Shown in pieces: positions 28,468 through 38,431 of a DNA stretch of 64,000 nt (positions are counted from its first letter, which is position 1; every line of letters starts with the position of its first letter). Location: NCBI GenBank assembly GCA_027624795.1, contig JAQBTX010000001.1, forward strand, positions 27,170 to 91,169, written 5' to 3'. Below the pieces are notes generated by a model. The model ran no database searches, was not told the DNA's origin, and was given only the letters and a program-made list of their open reading frames with translations. The position numbers and the translations under genes are program-made. Source of the stretch: a bacterium. Lineage in GTDB: Bacteria > Patescibacteriota > Microgenomatia > UBA1406 > GWC2-37-13.

Positions 28468-28941
28468 TTATTTATTTATAATTTTATTTAATTCCTCTAT
28501 TGCAGTTTCGTTATCTTGATAATGTACCGTAACTAATCCCGCCGCTTGTGCCGCCTTGATATTTATTTCTGTGTCATCCACAAACACAATCTCATCAGGT
28601 GATTTTTGAATAAGCGATGCAATCTTTGTATAAGCTTCGGGAGTTGACTTGCTCACTCCAAGTCGAAGTGCACTAAAGATGTTCTTAAATAGTGGATTGA
28701 GCTTTTCCATTACCGGTGGATACTCTTGTATATATTCGGAGGTAAAAATATATATTTCGATTTTTGATGAGAGATTTACATAATAATCTAGAAGTTCAGT
28801 ATTTAACGTAAAATAGTTCCAAAAATCATAGTCTCCTGTTTTGAGAAGTTCTTGATGAAGTTCATTTAACTTACCTGAATTCTTATCATCTTTTTTAAAA
28901 AGTAATACTTTAGAAAAATCAGAAATAAGTGCGTTGATCAT
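28468..28941 (-). CDS. HAD-superfamily hydrolase
   Basis: ALISDFSKVL, IFTS, GVSK, IVFVDD..INIKAAQAAG. Confidence 0.8.
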   Translation of the reverse strand: MINALISDFSKVLLFKKDDKNSGKLNELHQELLKTGDYDFWNYFTLNTELLDYYVNLSSKIEIYIFTSEYIQEYPPVMEKLNPLFKNIFSALRLGVSKSTPEAYTKIASLIQKSPDEIVFVDDTEINIKAAQAAGLVTVHYQDNETAIEELNKIINK

Positions 28942-28951
28942 ATTATTTTGA

Positions 28952-28978
28952 TGTCATCCTGAACTTGTTTCAGGATCT
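28952..28978 (+). repeat. YGTC-tagged palindromic repeat (intergenic)
   Basis: TGTCATCCTGAACTTGTTTCAGGATCT, ATCCTGAA/TTCAGGAT stem. Confidence 0.85.
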
Positions 28979-28988
28979 TAATTTATAA

Positions 28989-29333
28989 CTACTCTTCCTC
29001 ACCCCTAATTACATACCACTCCCCCTCTTTGATGATTTTTGCTTTAAATTTTGTTTGAGTTTCTGTGTACCACTCACCTTCTTTGGTGCCTACCGCAATT
29101 GCGCCAACAAGGCCTATCACTGTATCGTCTATAAGGGGAATATCACTACTATCTTTATACGTTATAAGTTCGCGGGAAACTAATGACTCCTTCCCGGCAT
29201 CTAATCGCTCTTTGGTGGTATCTTCAATTTGAAGGTCAAACCGAGTAAAAATATCATCATTTTCTGCTCCAGATATAACCAACAAATAAAGAAGTTCATT
29301 TTCAGTGAAGGTGAGAGAATGTGATTGTTTCAT
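28989..29333 (-). CDS. Hypothetical protein
   Basis: 114-aa acidic ORF co-oriented with neighbours; no family recognised. Confidence 0.6.
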   Translation of the reverse strand: MKQSHSLTFTENELLYLLVISGAENDDIFTRFDLQIEDTTKERLDAGKESLVSRELITYKDSSDIPLIDDTVIGLVGAIAVGTKEGEWYTETQTKFKAKIIKEGEWYVIRGEEE

Positions 29334-29349
29334 AATCGAAGTTATTATA

Positions 29350-29982
29350 CTATTCCTTAAACAAATGCACCTCCCAAAATTGCGCTAAGGTTCTGAGTTG
29401 CTTTGGCACAGACTCATTATATACATAAATCGGGCCTGCGTGGATGCCAAAAACTACGGGGACGATTTTGTATTTTTTAAAACGAGATTTACTAATAAGT
29501 TTAATCAAATCGTTTTCCGTATATTCACGAACATGTTCTGCATAGGGAAAGCGTCGATCTCCGGTAAACATCTCAATAATAGATCTAGCAAGTCGTTTTC
29601 TGTTTGGCGTATTTATAAGTGCGGTACCACCTGGTTTTAAAACCGTATATAACTCATTTAACGATTTCAGATCATCTTGCACATGCTCTATAACATGACT
29701 ACTTAGCGCAATATCGATACTATTGGGTTTTATCACATCAGATAATTTCTGCCAATCTCCCACCATATAGTTGATGTTTGAGGAATCTTTTGGCTTTCGT
29801 TCTGGCATCAGTTCTACCCCCATAAGTTTCTTGCACAGTTTGGCAAGAGACGCTGTTCTCCCCATTGTCGAAGCTCCTATTTCCAATACAGTATCTGTTT
29901 TTTTCACATAGTTCCTATACGATGTCAGGATTGATTCCCAATCATAACGTAATGGATTTAAAGACGGATCGTATATTTTCAT
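29350..29982 (-). CDS. Class I SAM-dependent methyltransferase
   Basis: VLEIGAS.G, HVIEHV.DD, VLKPGG..LINTPN, HVREY. Confidence 0.9.
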   Translation of the reverse strand: MKIYDPSLNPLRYDWESILTSYRNYVKKTDTVLEIGASTMGRTASLAKLCKKLMGVELMPERKPKDSSNINYMVGDWQKLSDVIKPNSIDIALSSHVIEHVQDDLKSLNELYTVLKPGGTALINTPNRKRLARSIIEMFTGDRRFPYAEHVREYTENDLIKLISKSRFKKYKIVPVVFGIHAGPIYVYNESVPKQLRTLAQFWEVHLFKE

Positions 29983-30018
29983 TAATTATAAAATTATCCC
30001 TCCAGTATAATAAACCTC

Positions 30019-31344
30019 ATGAAATACTTTGTCAAAACTTTCGGGTGTCAGCAAAACGAGGCAGATAGCGAGCGCGTGGCGCAAGCTTTTTCCGCCAGAG
30101 GACTTACCAAAGCGCGCGGTTATCAAGATGCCAACTATGTAATCATAAATACCTGTATGGTTCGCGAATCTGCAGAAAATAGAGTGTATGGATTGGTCAA
30201 TAATTTAAAAGAAATTAAAGCTCAAAAAACAAAAGATGGAGAGCTTTATAAAATCATCGTCACCGGTTGTATGGTGGGAATTGCATTTCGTGATAAATCC
30301 GGAAAGTATCTTACCAAAATTCGAAAAGCCATGCCCGCAGTTGATGAATTTATGCCCATAGAAGAAGTAGGATTTGATATGGAGCCAGTCCGGCAAAATG
30401 ATATACAAGGATGGGTACCCATTTCAAATGGCTGTAATAACTTTTGCACATTTTGTATTGTGCCCTTTACCCGTGGAAGAGAAATTAGTAGACCTTATGA
30501 AGATATCATCGATGAATGCTTGCATTTGAAGGCAAAAGGATACAAAAAAGTTACACTCCTTGGACAGAATGTAAATTCATATGGCGCGGATCTCATAATG
30601 GGAAAAGAAAATGTTCATGTGATGCGAGATATTAAAGATACGTATTTTAAAAAAAGCACCACCCCTCCCGACTCAACGTCGGGAAACCCCACCTTAAAAA
30701 GGAGGGGAGTTAGTGATATAGCTCTCCTCCTTGATAAGGAGGAGTACCCAAAGGGGGAGGTGGTAAATCACCTTTCCACTATCAGATCTAAATTCACCTA
30801 CAACGGCCGTAACGTGGAACCAGTATATGTAAAACATTTGGGCAAACAACGCATTCCTACCTTGTTCCCCTATTTGCTGGAAGATATTGCACGTATGGAT
30901 TTTGAACTGGTAGATTTTGTATCATCAAATCCTTGGGACTTTTCTGATGAACTCATAGATATGATTGCCAAATATCCCAATGTGACACGCACCATTCATC
31001 TTGCCGTGCAATCCGGAGATAATGAAGTGCTCAAGCGAATGAATAGGTGGTATACACGAGAGGAGTATTTAGATATTGTTAATAAACTTAAAGCTCAGGT
31101 TCCCAATGTTAAATTAACAACCGACATCATCGTGGGTTTCTGTGGAGAAACAGATGAAGAATTTCAAAATACGGTAAAACTTGCCAAAGAAGTTGGGTTT
31201 GATAAAGCGTATATATCTCGTTATTCAGAGCGGCCGATGACCGCTGCCACTAAAGTAATGAAGGATGATATTCCGATGCCAGTGAAGAAAAAACGATGGA
31301 AAGAATTAGATAAGATAATCAATACGTTTGCGTATACTTTATGA
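30019..31344 (+). CDS. miaB: MiaB-family tRNA methylthiotransferase (no TRAM domain, internal insertion)
   Basis: TFGCQQNEADSE, NTCMVRE.AE, CNNFCTFCIVP.TRG.E.SR, LLGQNVNSYG, TTDIIVGF.GET. Confidence 0.9.
   Translation: MKYFVKTFGCQQNEADSERVAQAFSARGLTKARGYQDANYVIINTCMVRESAENRVYGLVNNLKEIKAQKTKDGELYKIIVTGCMVGIAFRDKSGKYLTKIRKAMPAVDEFMPIEEVGFDMEPVRQNDIQGWVPISNGCNNFCTFCIVPFTRGREISRPYEDIIDECLHLKAKGYKKVTLLGQNVNSYGADLIMGKENVHVMRDIKDTYFKKSTTPPDSTSGNPTLKRRGVSDIALLLDKEEYPKGEVVNHLSTIRSKFTYNGRNVEPVYVKHLGKQRIPTLFPYLLEDIARMDFELVDFVSSNPWDFSDELIDMIAKYPNVTRTIHLAVQSGDNEVLKRMNRWYTREEYLDIVNKLKAQVPNVKLTTDIIVGFCGETDEEFQNTVKLAKEVGFDKAYISRYSERPMTAATKVMKDDIPMPVKKKRWKELDKIINTFAYTL
30658..30764. repeat. GC-rich multi-hairpin palindromic element in frame inside miaB
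   Basis: Ends ACCACCCCTCCC / GGGGGAGGTGGT; internal hairpins CCCGAC..GTCGGG, CCCCACCTT..AAGGAGGGG, CTCCTCCTT..AAGGAGGAG. Confidence 0.8.
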
Positions 31345-32125
31345 TATCGGAAAGAATGTTAGGATGACATGCAAGAACAGGATATTGTTTAATGCGTGTA
31401 GAGAAGTCGAGTTTAAGTTCGTTTCCCTCCCAATCATACAGTCCTCCACCCGCTTCTTCAATAATAATTTTTGCCGCAGCCACATCCCAAATATATGGCC
31501 CTACACTTACCAAACTGAGTCCAGCAATGTTTTCTGCAACAGCTACAATATCGAGTGCAATTGCACCATTTATATGCACTGATCGATATTCAGGCATAAG
31601 CTTTTCAATAATCTTGATGTGAGCTTCTTCAAAACTCTTCCATATTTCTGTATATATCATTAGATCTTGAGTTGGAAGATTCCTAATTCTTAAATCTTTC
31701 TTCATGCCTCTTGACTCGATAAAAGCGCCTTTTCCTTTTTCGGCACAATACATCTCACCTGTTATGGGTCTGTTTATGCACCCGGCCAAAAGCTCACCGT
31801 CTTTTACATAGGCTATAGCGCAGCAGAAATAATCTATACCCGATGCAAAGCTGGAAGTGCCGTCTATCGGGTCCATGATGAACAAATGTCGTCCGTCTGA
31901 AGTGAGGTCTTCTTCACCAATAAATCCTACATCAGATGCATCGATTCCTTTCTTTTCCATCTCAATTAGGATTATTTGTTCAATGATATCTTGCGATTCT
32001 TTATCTGCTTTGGTAACAATATTTTGATGATCAGTTTTGTGAGTTACGTCAAGCTCGGTAGATCGAAAGTATTTTTTTTGTATTTCTCCCGCTTCTAAAG
32101 CAGCCTTTTTGAGGATATCAAGCAT
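31319..32125 (-). CDS. Inositol monophosphatase family protein
   Basis: VTKAD, IGEE, MDPIDGTSSF, IWDVAAAKIIIEEAGG. Confidence 0.93.
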   Translation of the reverse strand: MLDILKKAALEAGEIQKKYFRSTELDVTHKTDHQNIVTKADKESQDIIEQIILIEMEKKGIDASDVGFIGEEDLTSDGRHLFIMDPIDGTSSFASGIDYFCCAIAYVKDGELLAGCINRPITGEMYCAEKGKGAFIESRGMKKDLRIRNLPTQDLMIYTEIWKSFEEAHIKIIEKLMPEYRSVHINGAIALDIVAVAENIAGLSLVSVGPYIWDVAAAKIIIEEAGGGLYDWEGNELKLDFSTRIKQYPVLACHPNILSDIIKYTQTY

Positions 32126-32130
32126 GATTG

Positions 32131-32140
32131 TAGTATACTA
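32131..32140. promoter_or_regulatory. Palindromic bidirectional -10 element TAGTATACTA
   Basis: TATACT on each strand, each 6 nt before a divergent ATG (32125 and 32146). Confidence 0.6.
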
Positions 32141-32145
32141 TATCC

Positions 32146-33114
32146 ATGAAACTCTTGGTCACTGGTGGTGCTGGATTTATAGGTACAAACTTCATCCATT
32201 ATTGGTTAAAAAACCACACTGATGATCAGATTGTGAACTTTGATAAACTCACTTATGCAGGCAATATTGAGAATCTGAAATCAATAGAAAGTAACCCAAA
32301 CTACTCATTTGTTCAGGGTGACATTGTTAATAAAAAAATGGTCGATGACGTGATGACTGGCATTGATATTGTTGTTCACTTTGCGGCAGAAAGTCATGTA
32401 GATAGATCGATTGCCGATGCTTCCCCTTTCGTAATGACTAATGTAGTTGGAACCCAAGTACTTTTAGAATCTGCTTTAAAACATAACATAAAACGATTTC
32501 ATCATATTTCTACAGATGAGGTGTTTGGAGCACTTGAGCTGGAAAGTGATAAAAAATTCACCATAGATTCTCCTTATGACCCCCACAGCCCTTACTCAGC
32601 ATCAAAAGCAGGATCAGATCATTTGGTTCGTGCATATTTTGATACCTATAACCTTCCCATCACAATTTCAAATTGTTCAAATAATTTTGGACCGTATCAT
32701 TTCCCAGAAAAGTTGATACCATTGGCAATCACTAATCTTTTAGAAGGAAAAAAAGTACCGGTATATGGTGATGGAAAATATGTGCGCGATTGGCTTTACG
32801 TTGAAGATCATTGCCGAGCGATTGATATGATTTTAACAAAAGGTACGGTTGGAAAGACGTACCTCGTTGGCGGCCAAACAGCAGACATATCTAATCTTGA
32901 AGTGATACATAAGATTCTTAATGTAATGAATAAAAGTGAAGAATCTATAGAATACGTGACCGATCGACCTGGTCATGATCGAAGATATGCAATTGACTGG
33001 AGTAAGACTAAAGAAGAACTTGGATGGGAACCTCAACACGATTTTGAAAGCGCACTTGCAAAAACTATTGAATGGTACCAGAATAATATAGATTGGTGGA
33101 AACCATTAAAGTAA
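32146..33114 (+). CDS. rfbB: dTDP-glucose 4,6-dehydratase
   Basis: TGGAGFIG, DKLTYAGN, HFAAESHVDRSI, ISTDEV, PYSASKA, DRPGHDRRYAID. Confidence 0.97.
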   Translation: MKLLVTGGAGFIGTNFIHYWLKNHTDDQIVNFDKLTYAGNIENLKSIESNPNYSFVQGDIVNKKMVDDVMTGIDIVVHFAAESHVDRSIADASPFVMTNVVGTQVLLESALKHNIKRFHHISTDEVFGALELESDKKFTIDSPYDPHSPYSASKAGSDHLVRAYFDTYNLPITISNCSNNFGPYHFPEKLIPLAITNLLEGKKVPVYGDGKYVRDWLYVEDHCRAIDMILTKGTVGKTYLVGGQTADISNLEVIHKILNVMNKSEESIEYVTDRPGHDRRYAIDWSKTKEELGWEPQHDFESALAKTIEWYQNNIDWWKPLK

Positions 33115-33117
33115 TAT

Positions 33118-33960
33118 ATGAATGTTGCAATCACGGGACCAAACGGACTAATTGGATCGCGCGTAATAAAACTCTTGAGCGATGAAATAACATTTATCCC
33201 CCTTTCGCATGAAGATCTTGATATTGCACATAAAGAAGATGTAGAAAATAAACTAAATGATATTGAATTTGATATTCTTCTCCACCTTGCTGCGTATACC
33301 AATGTTGATAATGCGGAACTTGAACAACATAAAGCTCGTGCGATAAATGTCGATGGAACCAGATATTTGTATGATGCAGTAAAGCAGAAAGGAAAAAAGA
33401 TGATCTATATTTCTACCGACTATGTATTTGATGGAGTGAATCCTCCGTTTGATGAAGAAAGCGTACCTAACCCAATTGGATATTATGGAAAAACAAAGTA
33501 CGAGGGAGAACAAGTATTGGGAAACAATGCAATGATCGTACGTGTGAGTTATCCGTATCATACTGATGTCATTTTGAGTGGAGCGAAGAGTCAGGGAAAA
33601 CCAGATATTGTTACCCGCCTTTCACAACTTCTCAAAGAGGGAAAAACCCTCCCTATGGTAACGGATGCAAGTATTACTCCAACACATATCGATGATATTG
33701 CCGAAGGATTGAATTATTTGATCCATAATTTCAAACCAGAAATCTATCATTTAGTAGGATCGAAATCATATTCACCCTTTGATGTGGGAACGATGATAGC
33801 TCGATACATAGGTGCGCCGACAGATCTCATAAAGCCAACTACGTTTGAAGAATACAGTAAAGGCAAGGCGCCACGACCACAATATTCAGAAACAATAAGT
33901 AAGAAAAATCGCTTTCATAAGATGCAAGCGCTTGGGGAAGTGATTGAATATAAGATGTAA
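33118..33960 (+). CDS. rfbD: dTDP-4-dehydrorhamnose reductase
   Basis: TGPNGLIG, HLAAYTNVD.AE, ISTDYVFDG, YGKTKYEGE, APRPQYS. Confidence 0.92.
   Translation: MNVAITGPNGLIGSRVIKLLSDEITFIPLSHEDLDIAHKEDVENKLNDIEFDILLHLAAYTNVDNAELEQHKARAINVDGTRYLYDAVKQKGKKMIYISTDYVFDGVNPPFDEESVPNPIGYYGKTKYEGEQVLGNNAMIVRVSYPYHTDVILSGAKSQGKPDIVTRLSQLLKEGKTLPMVTDASITPTHIDDIAEGLNYLIHNFKPEIYHLVGSKSYSPFDVGTMIARYIGAPTDLIKPTTFEEYSKGKAPRPQYSETISKKNRFHKMQALGEVIEYKM
33567..33592 (+). repeat. Degenerate YGTC-tagged repeat inside rfbD
   Basis: TGTCATTTTGAGTGGAGCGAAGAGTC; encodes VILSGAKS. Confidence 0.5.
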
Positions 33961-34006
33961 TCTTCTCATTCTTGTTTTTTTGTTATTATTTGAGTATCAT
34001 TTCACC

Positions 34007-35305
34007 ATGACAATCACATTCATCGGCCATGGATATGTAGGACTCGTGACAGCTTGTGTGTTTGCTGATTTTGGAAATGATGTATGGGTTATTGGGCACA
34101 CCCCTGAAAAAATTGAAAAACTTAAAAACGGAAATCCCCTTATTTATGAACCTGGACTTGAAGAACTGCTTAAAAAGAACTTAGATGCAAAAAGACTTCA
34201 CTTTACCTTAGATTTTGATAAAGCAATCCCTGATTCAGATATCGTATTTATTGCAGTCGGAACACCACCAAGTGCAACTGGCGAAGCAGATCTTACAGCT
34301 GTGCTTGGAGTCGCTGAACATATTGGAAAGAACCTAAAGAAAGGATTTACGGTGGTATCGTGTAAGAGCACCGTTCCTGTTGGAACCAATTTAAAAGTTG
34401 AAAAAATAATTGAAGAAACCAAGCCAGATGGAGCAGAATTTGCAGTAGCTTCATGCCCTGAATTTCTTCGTGAAGGATCCGCCATAGGTGATACCGTAAA
34501 TCCAGATCGTGTTGTAATCGGATCATCATCTCAAAAAGCCATTGATGCCCTACTTGAAGCTCACAAGCCTCTTACGGGAAGTCGAGTTATTACCGATCTT
34601 GCAAGTGCAGAAATAATTAAATACGCTTCCAATGCCATGCTTGCTACTAAGATATCATTTGCCAATCTCATATCGCTTTATGCTGAAAAGACAGGTGGAG
34701 ATATTGAAACAATCATGGAAGCTGTGGGAAGTGACAATCGTATTGGCCGAAAATTCTTATATGCCGGTATTGGGTACGGAGGATCATGTTTCCCCAAAGA
34801 CGTGATGGCTTTGAATGAAACTGGTAAACAATTAGATCTCGACACTGGATTATTGGATTCAGTTGAGCGAATTAATCATACAGTCCGGGATAATTTTGTA
34901 CATAAAGTATTAAAACATGTAATGGGGAAAAAGCTTGCAGTCTGGGGACTTAGCTTTAAACCAAATACTGACGACATTCGCTATGCCCCATCGCTATATA
35001 TCATAAATGAACTTATAAAGATGAACTACCAAATTGTTGCTTTTGATCCGGCTGCAAGAGAAAATGTCAAAAAACAACATCGCGGAGAAGGACTTACTTT
35101 TGTTGAAAATATGTATGATGCACTGAAAGATGCAGATGCACTCTTGATTATGACTGAATGGAATGAGTTTAAACAAGCAAATCTAACTCGCATTAAATCG
35201 CTATTGAAGAGTCCTCTTATTATAGATGGCCGAAATATTTATAATCCTGAAACCATGAAATCTCATGGATTTACATATATATCTACCGGTCGAAAAGCAG
35301 TATAA
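34007..35305 (+). CDS. ugd: UDP-glucose 6-dehydrogenase
   Basis: GHGYVGL, IAVGTP, KSTVPVGT, PEFLREG, GYGGSCFPKD, FKPNTDDIR; start trimmed to ATG 34007. Confidence 0.95.
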   Translation: MTITFIGHGYVGLVTACVFADFGNDVWVIGHTPEKIEKLKNGNPLIYEPGLEELLKKNLDAKRLHFTLDFDKAIPDSDIVFIAVGTPPSATGEADLTAVLGVAEHIGKNLKKGFTVVSCKSTVPVGTNLKVEKIIEETKPDGAEFAVASCPEFLREGSAIGDTVNPDRVVIGSSSQKAIDALLEAHKPLTGSRVITDLASAEIIKYASNAMLATKISFANLISLYAEKTGGDIETIMEAVGSDNRIGRKFLYAGIGYGGSCFPKDVMALNETGKQLDLDTGLLDSVERINHTVRDNFVHKVLKHVMGKKLAVWGLSFKPNTDDIRYAPSLYIINELIKMNYQIVAFDPAARENVKKQHRGEGLTFVENMYDALKDADALLIMTEWNEFKQANLTRIKSLLKSPLIIDGRNIYNPETMKSHGFTYISTGRKAV

Positions 35306-35318
35306 TACTCCTTATCAT

Positions 35319-36281
35319 ATGAATATACTCATAACGGGAGGCGCGGGATTTATTGGGAGCCACTTGTGTGAAAGATTATTGGCTGATTGGCATTATATAT
35401 ATTGTATAGATAACCTCAGTACAGGATCTCGCAGTAATATTTCATCACTTGAAAAGAATGAGCATTTTATCTTTATCAATGCAGATGTATCCTCAGAACT
35501 ACCAGTAGACGCACTTCCGAAACAGATTGATCGCATATATCATCTCGCATCCCCAGCTTCACCTAATCATCACAGTCCTATAAGCTATCATGCACTTCCT
35601 ATGGAAACGATGATGGTAAATACAGTAGGAACACATAATATGCTGAAACTTGCACAAAAATATAATGCACGATTTTTATTCACGTCGACATCTGAGATTT
35701 ATGGCGAACCACTTGAACACCCTCAAAAAGAATCCTATCGAGGCAATGTATCAACCACGGGCCCACGATCTGTTTATGATGAAGCCAAACGATTTGGTGA
35801 AACACTCACCGCTTACTACCAAAGAGAAAAAAAAGTTGACACACGAATTGTAAGAATTTTTAATACCTATGGCCCTCATATGAGTGATAACGATATGCGA
35901 ATGAGTGTACTTTTTATGCAACAGGCATTAAAAAATGAACCCATTACTATTTTTGGAGATGGCACGCAAACACGGTCACTCTGTTTTGTGGAAGACCTGG
36001 TAGATGGGCTGGTGAAATTTATGGAACATGATGATTTGGCAGGTGAAATAATAAATTTAGGATCGACTGATGAAAAAACAGTTTTGGAATATGCACAATT
36101 AATTAAATCTATTGCAAAATCTGAAAGTGAAATCACGGTGACTGAAAAACTTCCAGTAGATGACCCAAAACAACGAAAGCCCGATATTACTAAAGCTAAA
36201 GAACTCCTTGGGTGGGAACCCAAAACAAGCATTGAAGACGGAATAAAAAAAACTATTGACCACATTCGTACGAACTCATGA
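35319..36281 (+). CDS. UDP-glucuronate decarboxylase (UDP-xylose synthase)-like SDR
   Basis: TGGAGFIGSHL, YHLASPASP, STSEIYG, GPRSVYDEAKR, RIFNTYGP, DDPKQRKPDI. Confidence 0.92.
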   Translation: MNILITGGAGFIGSHLCERLLADWHYIYCIDNLSTGSRSNISSLEKNEHFIFINADVSSELPVDALPKQIDRIYHLASPASPNHHSPISYHALPMETMMVNTVGTHNMLKLAQKYNARFLFTSTSEIYGEPLEHPQKESYRGNVSTTGPRSVYDEAKRFGETLTAYYQREKKVDTRIVRIFNTYGPHMSDNDMRMSVLFMQQALKNEPITIFGDGTQTRSLCFVEDLVDGLVKFMEHDDLAGEIINLGSTDEKTVLEYAQLIKSIAKSESEITVTEKLPVDDPKQRKPDITKAKELLGWEPKTSIEDGIKKTIDHIRTNS

Positions 36282-37393
36282 ATAAAGCAGTCATCATATT
36301 GCCAACGTACAATGAGGTGAACAATGTTACTTCACTGATTCATGACATAGTTACTGTTGTTAAAGGAGTAACGAAATGGAACATTCAGATCCTTGTGGTA
36401 GATAGTTCTTCACCAGATGGAACAGCACGAGAAATAACAAAACTACAAAAACAATATAAACAGCTTCATTTATTGGAAACACCAAAAGAGGGTTTAGGGA
36501 AAGCGTATGTTCATGGATTCAGGTATGCAATAGATAAACTTGGCGCAGATGTGGTGTTTGAGATGGATGCAGATCGTTCGCATGACTCTAAAGAGATTCC
36601 TCATTTTTTAAGCCAAATTGAACATGGCGCTGATTTTGTCATAGGATCGCGCTATATTGCAGGCGGTTCAATTCCAGATGATTGGGGAATTCACCGAAAA
36701 ATATTTTCTATAGTAGCCAACTTGTTTATTCGGATTGGTTTTATGAAGCTCAAAATTACAGACTGGACCAGTGGATACCGCGTAATTAAAAAATGGGTTA
36801 TCCAAAAAAATCTTGAGAATATCAATTCCTATACGGGTTATGTGTTTCAAATGGCACTTATAGATAACGCACTCAAGAGCGGTGCTCATATTCGTGAAAT
36901 ACCAATAAAATTTATTGATCGTACTGAAGGCATTTCAAAGATAAACTCTGGTCAATACATTGCAGATATTTTCTTTTATATTCTACGCAACTCATCATTT
37001 ATAAAATTTTGCATCGTTGGGGGTACTGGATTCCTAGTCGATTTTGGTGTTTCTTACTTGCTTATCGAAATACTTACCAATAACGTGGTATTTTCGACTG
37101 TTTTAAGTGCCGAACTTGCCATCATGTCTAATTTTGTTTTGAATAACTATTGGAGTTTTGCGCATAAAAAAATTGAGAATGCGAATGAGCATATATTCTG
37201 GAGCTTTATTAAATTCAATATGGTAGCTTCGGGATCTATTGGAATTCAAGCTCTTGGTATGTTTCTTGCTACAAGTTTACTCGGAGAAACCTATTGGTAT
37301 GTATATAAAGTTTTGATCATAACACTCGTCATCATTCCCTATTCATATATCCTTTACAATAGATATATTTGGAAAGAACATAAGTTAGTTTAG
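36278..37393 (+). CDS. Polyprenol-phosphate mannosyltransferase-like GT2 fused to GtrA domain
   Basis: PTYNE, SPDGT, EMDAD.SH, IGSRY; C-term FIKFCIVG..GFLVD, NFVLNNYWSF. Confidence 0.9.
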   Translation: MNKAVIILPTYNEVNNVTSLIHDIVTVVKGVTKWNIQILVVDSSSPDGTAREITKLQKQYKQLHLLETPKEGLGKAYVHGFRYAIDKLGADVVFEMDADRSHDSKEIPHFLSQIEHGADFVIGSRYIAGGSIPDDWGIHRKIFSIVANLFIRIGFMKLKITDWTSGYRVIKKWVIQKNLENINSYTGYVFQMALIDNALKSGAHIREIPIKFIDRTEGISKINSGQYIADIFFYILRNSSFIKFCIVGGTGFLVDFGVSYLLIEILTNNVVFSTVLSAELAIMSNFVLNNYWSFAHKKIENANEHIFWSFIKFNMVASGSIGIQALGMFLATSLLGETYWYVYKVLIITLVIIPYSYILYNRYIWKEHKLV

Positions 37394-38260
37394 TTCTACA
37401 TAGTCTCCATGAACCCAACCATTCTCTTCATTTTCTAAGAGAATTTTGTACCACCCGTCATCTTCTTCTGCATAAACATATTCCTCTCCTGGCTTTACTT
37501 CACTCACTTTATTACCCGATACCGATGGTTCTGCTCGCACATTCAAAAATCCTGTTGGAGTATCTAGTATCATGAGTGTTTTAGTCTCTATCTCCTCCTC
37601 TTTATTTAGATCTGCTTCTTTTGTAGCTTCTATTGCTGCTTTTTCTAGTTCTTCTTCGAGCGTTTTATGAGATTTATCAAGTGCCATTTTTATGGACGCT
37701 TGAACCCTGTACCCTTTTTTATCGATTTGGATCTTTTTTGTTCTTCTAAAAAAGCCAGGCAAATAGACAGCAAGTTCATGTTCTCCCACTGGTACATCTT
37801 GGAGAATAAGTGGAGTAACTCCTTTTTCTTCGTTATTGAGAAATACAATTGCTCCAGGCGGATCGGTAACCAGTTCGATTTCACCTGTTTCCCCCTTGGG
37901 CTTACTATCTATTTTTACTACACTAAGTATTTCTCCTGCTGAGGTAAGATCTGATGTACCCATTTCTCTACTAATATAGGTAAGTGTATGCGCATAAATC
38001 GAAACCTTTCCCTCCCAGGCAATACTTTCAGATCCTTCACCTTCGGGAATAAGTCGAATGGAATATTCGCCTGGTTTGAGTCGATCTTCAAAGGGAGTCT
38101 TCCCTACCCCAACATCGTTTATAAACACGCCAGCAGTAGGCGAAGAGAGTATTTTTATTCTTCCGGTAGCTCCTGGGTTATCAAAGATAAAAAACCGTGC
38201 AAGAATTGCAATAGTAAATATGCTCACCAGAGCAGCAAGAACAATCAATTTTCGTTTCAT
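37385..38260 (-). CDS. Exported PEGA-domain protein with C-terminal SH3b domain
   Basis: N-terminal TM, two PEGA-like repeats (VGKTP, KGVTP), GFLNVRAEPS, GWYKI, GWV. Confidence 0.85.
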   Translation of the reverse strand: MKRKLIVLAALVSIFTIAILARFFIFDNPGATGRIKILSSPTAGVFINDVGVGKTPFEDRLKPGEYSIRLIPEGEGSESIAWEGKVSIYAHTLTYISREMGTSDLTSAGEILSVVKIDSKPKGETGEIELVTDPPGAIVFLNNEEKGVTPLILQDVPVGEHELAVYLPGFFRRTKKIQIDKKGYRVQASIKMALDKSHKTLEEELEKAAIEATKEADLNKEEEIETKTLMILDTPTGFLNVRAEPSVSGNKVSEVKPGEEYVYAEEDDGWYKILLENEENGWVHGDYVELN

Positions 38261-38332
38261 AGCGTGTATCTATTTTAGCACTTTAGCCTCAGAATGCAAC
38301 ATTCTACTTGAGAATAATTCTCCATTTTCTAC

Positions 38333-38361
38333 TTGACAAATATACATTTTTTGTATATTAT
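38333..38361 (+). promoter_or_regulatory. Sigma70-type promoter of the AsnRS-like gene
   Basis: TTGACA-N17-TATTAT. Confidence 0.6.
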
Positions 38362-38431
38362 GCTTTGAATATTTAAAATATTAATAGTTTTTAAGTAAAA
38401 ATATTCATTTTTTAATAAATTTACTCGTCAA

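Noticed and set aside
28989..29333. Faint resemblance of the 114-aa orphan to EspG-like/type VII secretion accessory proteins
   Set aside because: Only an impression from a few residues; no WXG100 or FtsK genes nearby
38272..38300. TTAGCACTT...GAATGCAAC as a second CIRCE
   Set aside because: Spacing is one base short and the right arm is imperfect. It is better explained as the minus-strand promoter TTGCAT-N16-TAAAAT of the PEGA gene.
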